Of a stretch of DNA of 64,000 nucleotides, positions 62,657 through 64,000 are shown one piece after another. The translations under genes were made by a program, and so were the position numbers. Numbering within the stretch: the stretch's first letter is position 1; each line of letters begins with the position of its first letter. Source of the stretch: Octopus vulgaris (Eukaryota); assembly GCA_951406725.2 (NCBI GenBank), contig OX597814.1, forward strand, positions 175,212,001-175,276,000. The letters run 5' to 3'. Under the pieces are notes generated by a model. It saw nothing but the letters and a program-made list of their open reading frames with translations, did not search any database and was not told where the DNA came from.

Positions 62657-62658
62657 AT

Positions 62659-63872
62659 CAGACGTGGGCACCAAACTGTTAATCCGTTAATCGTTAATTA
62701 ATGAAGTTAATATTTTCGTTAATGCTCTTTTAAGTTAACTTTGGAAATCATTGTTAGGCTAATTAACTTACATTACATTTAACTTCTGCTAACTCAAGTC
62801 TGCTTGAGTTAATTTCCATTAACTCAAGTTGCTATGACAATTATTAGGCTCAAGGACTTGAGGTCCAAGGGCCTCATCTACTGCATCCCCTTGGTTGACG
62901 CACTTTTGGCAGGCATTGAAAAAAAGGTTTAGGACCCTCCTGGAAGATGAGGAATGCCATCTGGCTGCTGCCTTCCACCCCAGGTTTTGCCTCATCTGGT
63001 TGAATAAATATGACAACACCAAGGTGGGGAAAAGCATGGAGGGTAAAACCGAGGAGATCAGTCTGATGAAGTGAGCAGCAATGGTGAAGAGGAAGATGAC
63101 TTCTTTGGTGGTGTCACCCAGCCAAAAGAAAGCAGCAAGAGCCACAGGTCACAAGGCCCAGACTTTGGTCAAGACCTGGTTGGAGACCAACTCCAAGGAC
63201 TTGCTGATAGATGCTGCCTTCTTGGGTAAGCAAGTGTTGATAGACTTATTCAGCATGTTCAAAACAGCCATCCCCTCCAGTGCTGCAAAGGGGCATTTGT
63301 TCTCTATGGGCAAGGACATCTTGAGTGCCAAGAGATTATCCCTATCTGATGAAAACTTTGACATGCTAATTTTCATGAACAACATACATCTCATGAACAA
63401 AATGGAGAATGAGAAGAAGAGGCAAAATTAAATTATGTATATATTGTGTTTTTCATTATTTTTTTATGGCCAGTTTATAAATAAACTTTTTTAGTTTAAT
63501 ACTAATATTGTGTTTCATTTGAGGTTTTTTTCTAGCTCTAAAAGCCTTTAAAAACCTAAAAAAAAGGGCCAAAACTATAAAGTCAGCATTTTTAACTCTA
63601 AAGAAAAAAACATAGTTTTGGGGTTCTAAAGTCATTAAAAAGGCCCCAAAAAGGCTGATTTTATAGTTTTGGCACTTTTTGAAGGTGTTTTTAGAGCAAA
63701 AACTGATTTTTTGTTTTTATTTTCTATAACAGAAATTAACATTAATGGTTTATCAATAATTTCCATTACATTCTTAAAGAATTAACTGATTAACAGTTAT
63801 CAAACTTAGCTTTTTGGTTAACTGATTAACAGTTAACATAGTTAACTATTTGATTAATGGTGTACACTTTTG
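62659..63872 (+). mobile_element. Internally deleted hAT transposon with transposase C-terminal relic
   Basis: LAAAFHPRF..WL and dimerisation domain TAIPSSAA..HLFS.G..IL...R.SLSDENFD.LIF; imperfect TIRs cagacgtgggcacc/ggtgtacacttttg; gttaa-rich subterminal repeats. Confidence 0.8.
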
Positions 63873-64000
63873 ATACACACACATATATATATATATATAT
63901 ATATGGTCTGTGATGTGTATGGACAAGGACAGCTGTGTGAAGAAGTGCTGATCTGTAATGGTGGAGGGAACTGTGGAAGAAGCAGACCCAGGAAGACATG

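Overview
AT-rich, repeat-dense eukaryotic DNA. The SINE, RTE, Penelope-type and microsatellite content suggests a coleoid cephalopod, probably Octopus (inference from repeat recognition). Two convergent spliced genes are supported. (1) The last two coding exons and long 3' UTR of a UBE2V/MMS2-UEV1 ubiquitin-conjugating enzyme variant (+, 5268-7921). (2) A complete 7-exon MEGF9-like type I membrane protein (-, 54976-28729, about 467-471 aa): signal peptide, an FN3 domain split by an ~85-aa insert, three laminin-type EGF repeats, TM helix and a short tail. The rest is mostly decayed SINEs, RTE/CR1/Tx1/HERO-like LINE pieces, Tc1/mariner, hAT, piggyBac-like, MULE/Merlin-like and Helitron-like elements. 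The most striking signal is a set of type I hammerhead ribozyme (HHR) motifs from five apparently unrelated non-coding element families. Four families (five motifs) are stacked within ~1.6 kb of a (TA)n hotspot at 57.8-59.7 kb, including a near-perfect 399-bp tandem dimer with the architecture of a non-LTR retrozyme (putative circRNA precursor). Two families have non-canonical cores: a G3:C8 swap (GUGAACA) and CUGUNGA-A. All folds and alignments were done by eye; none was computed or searched.
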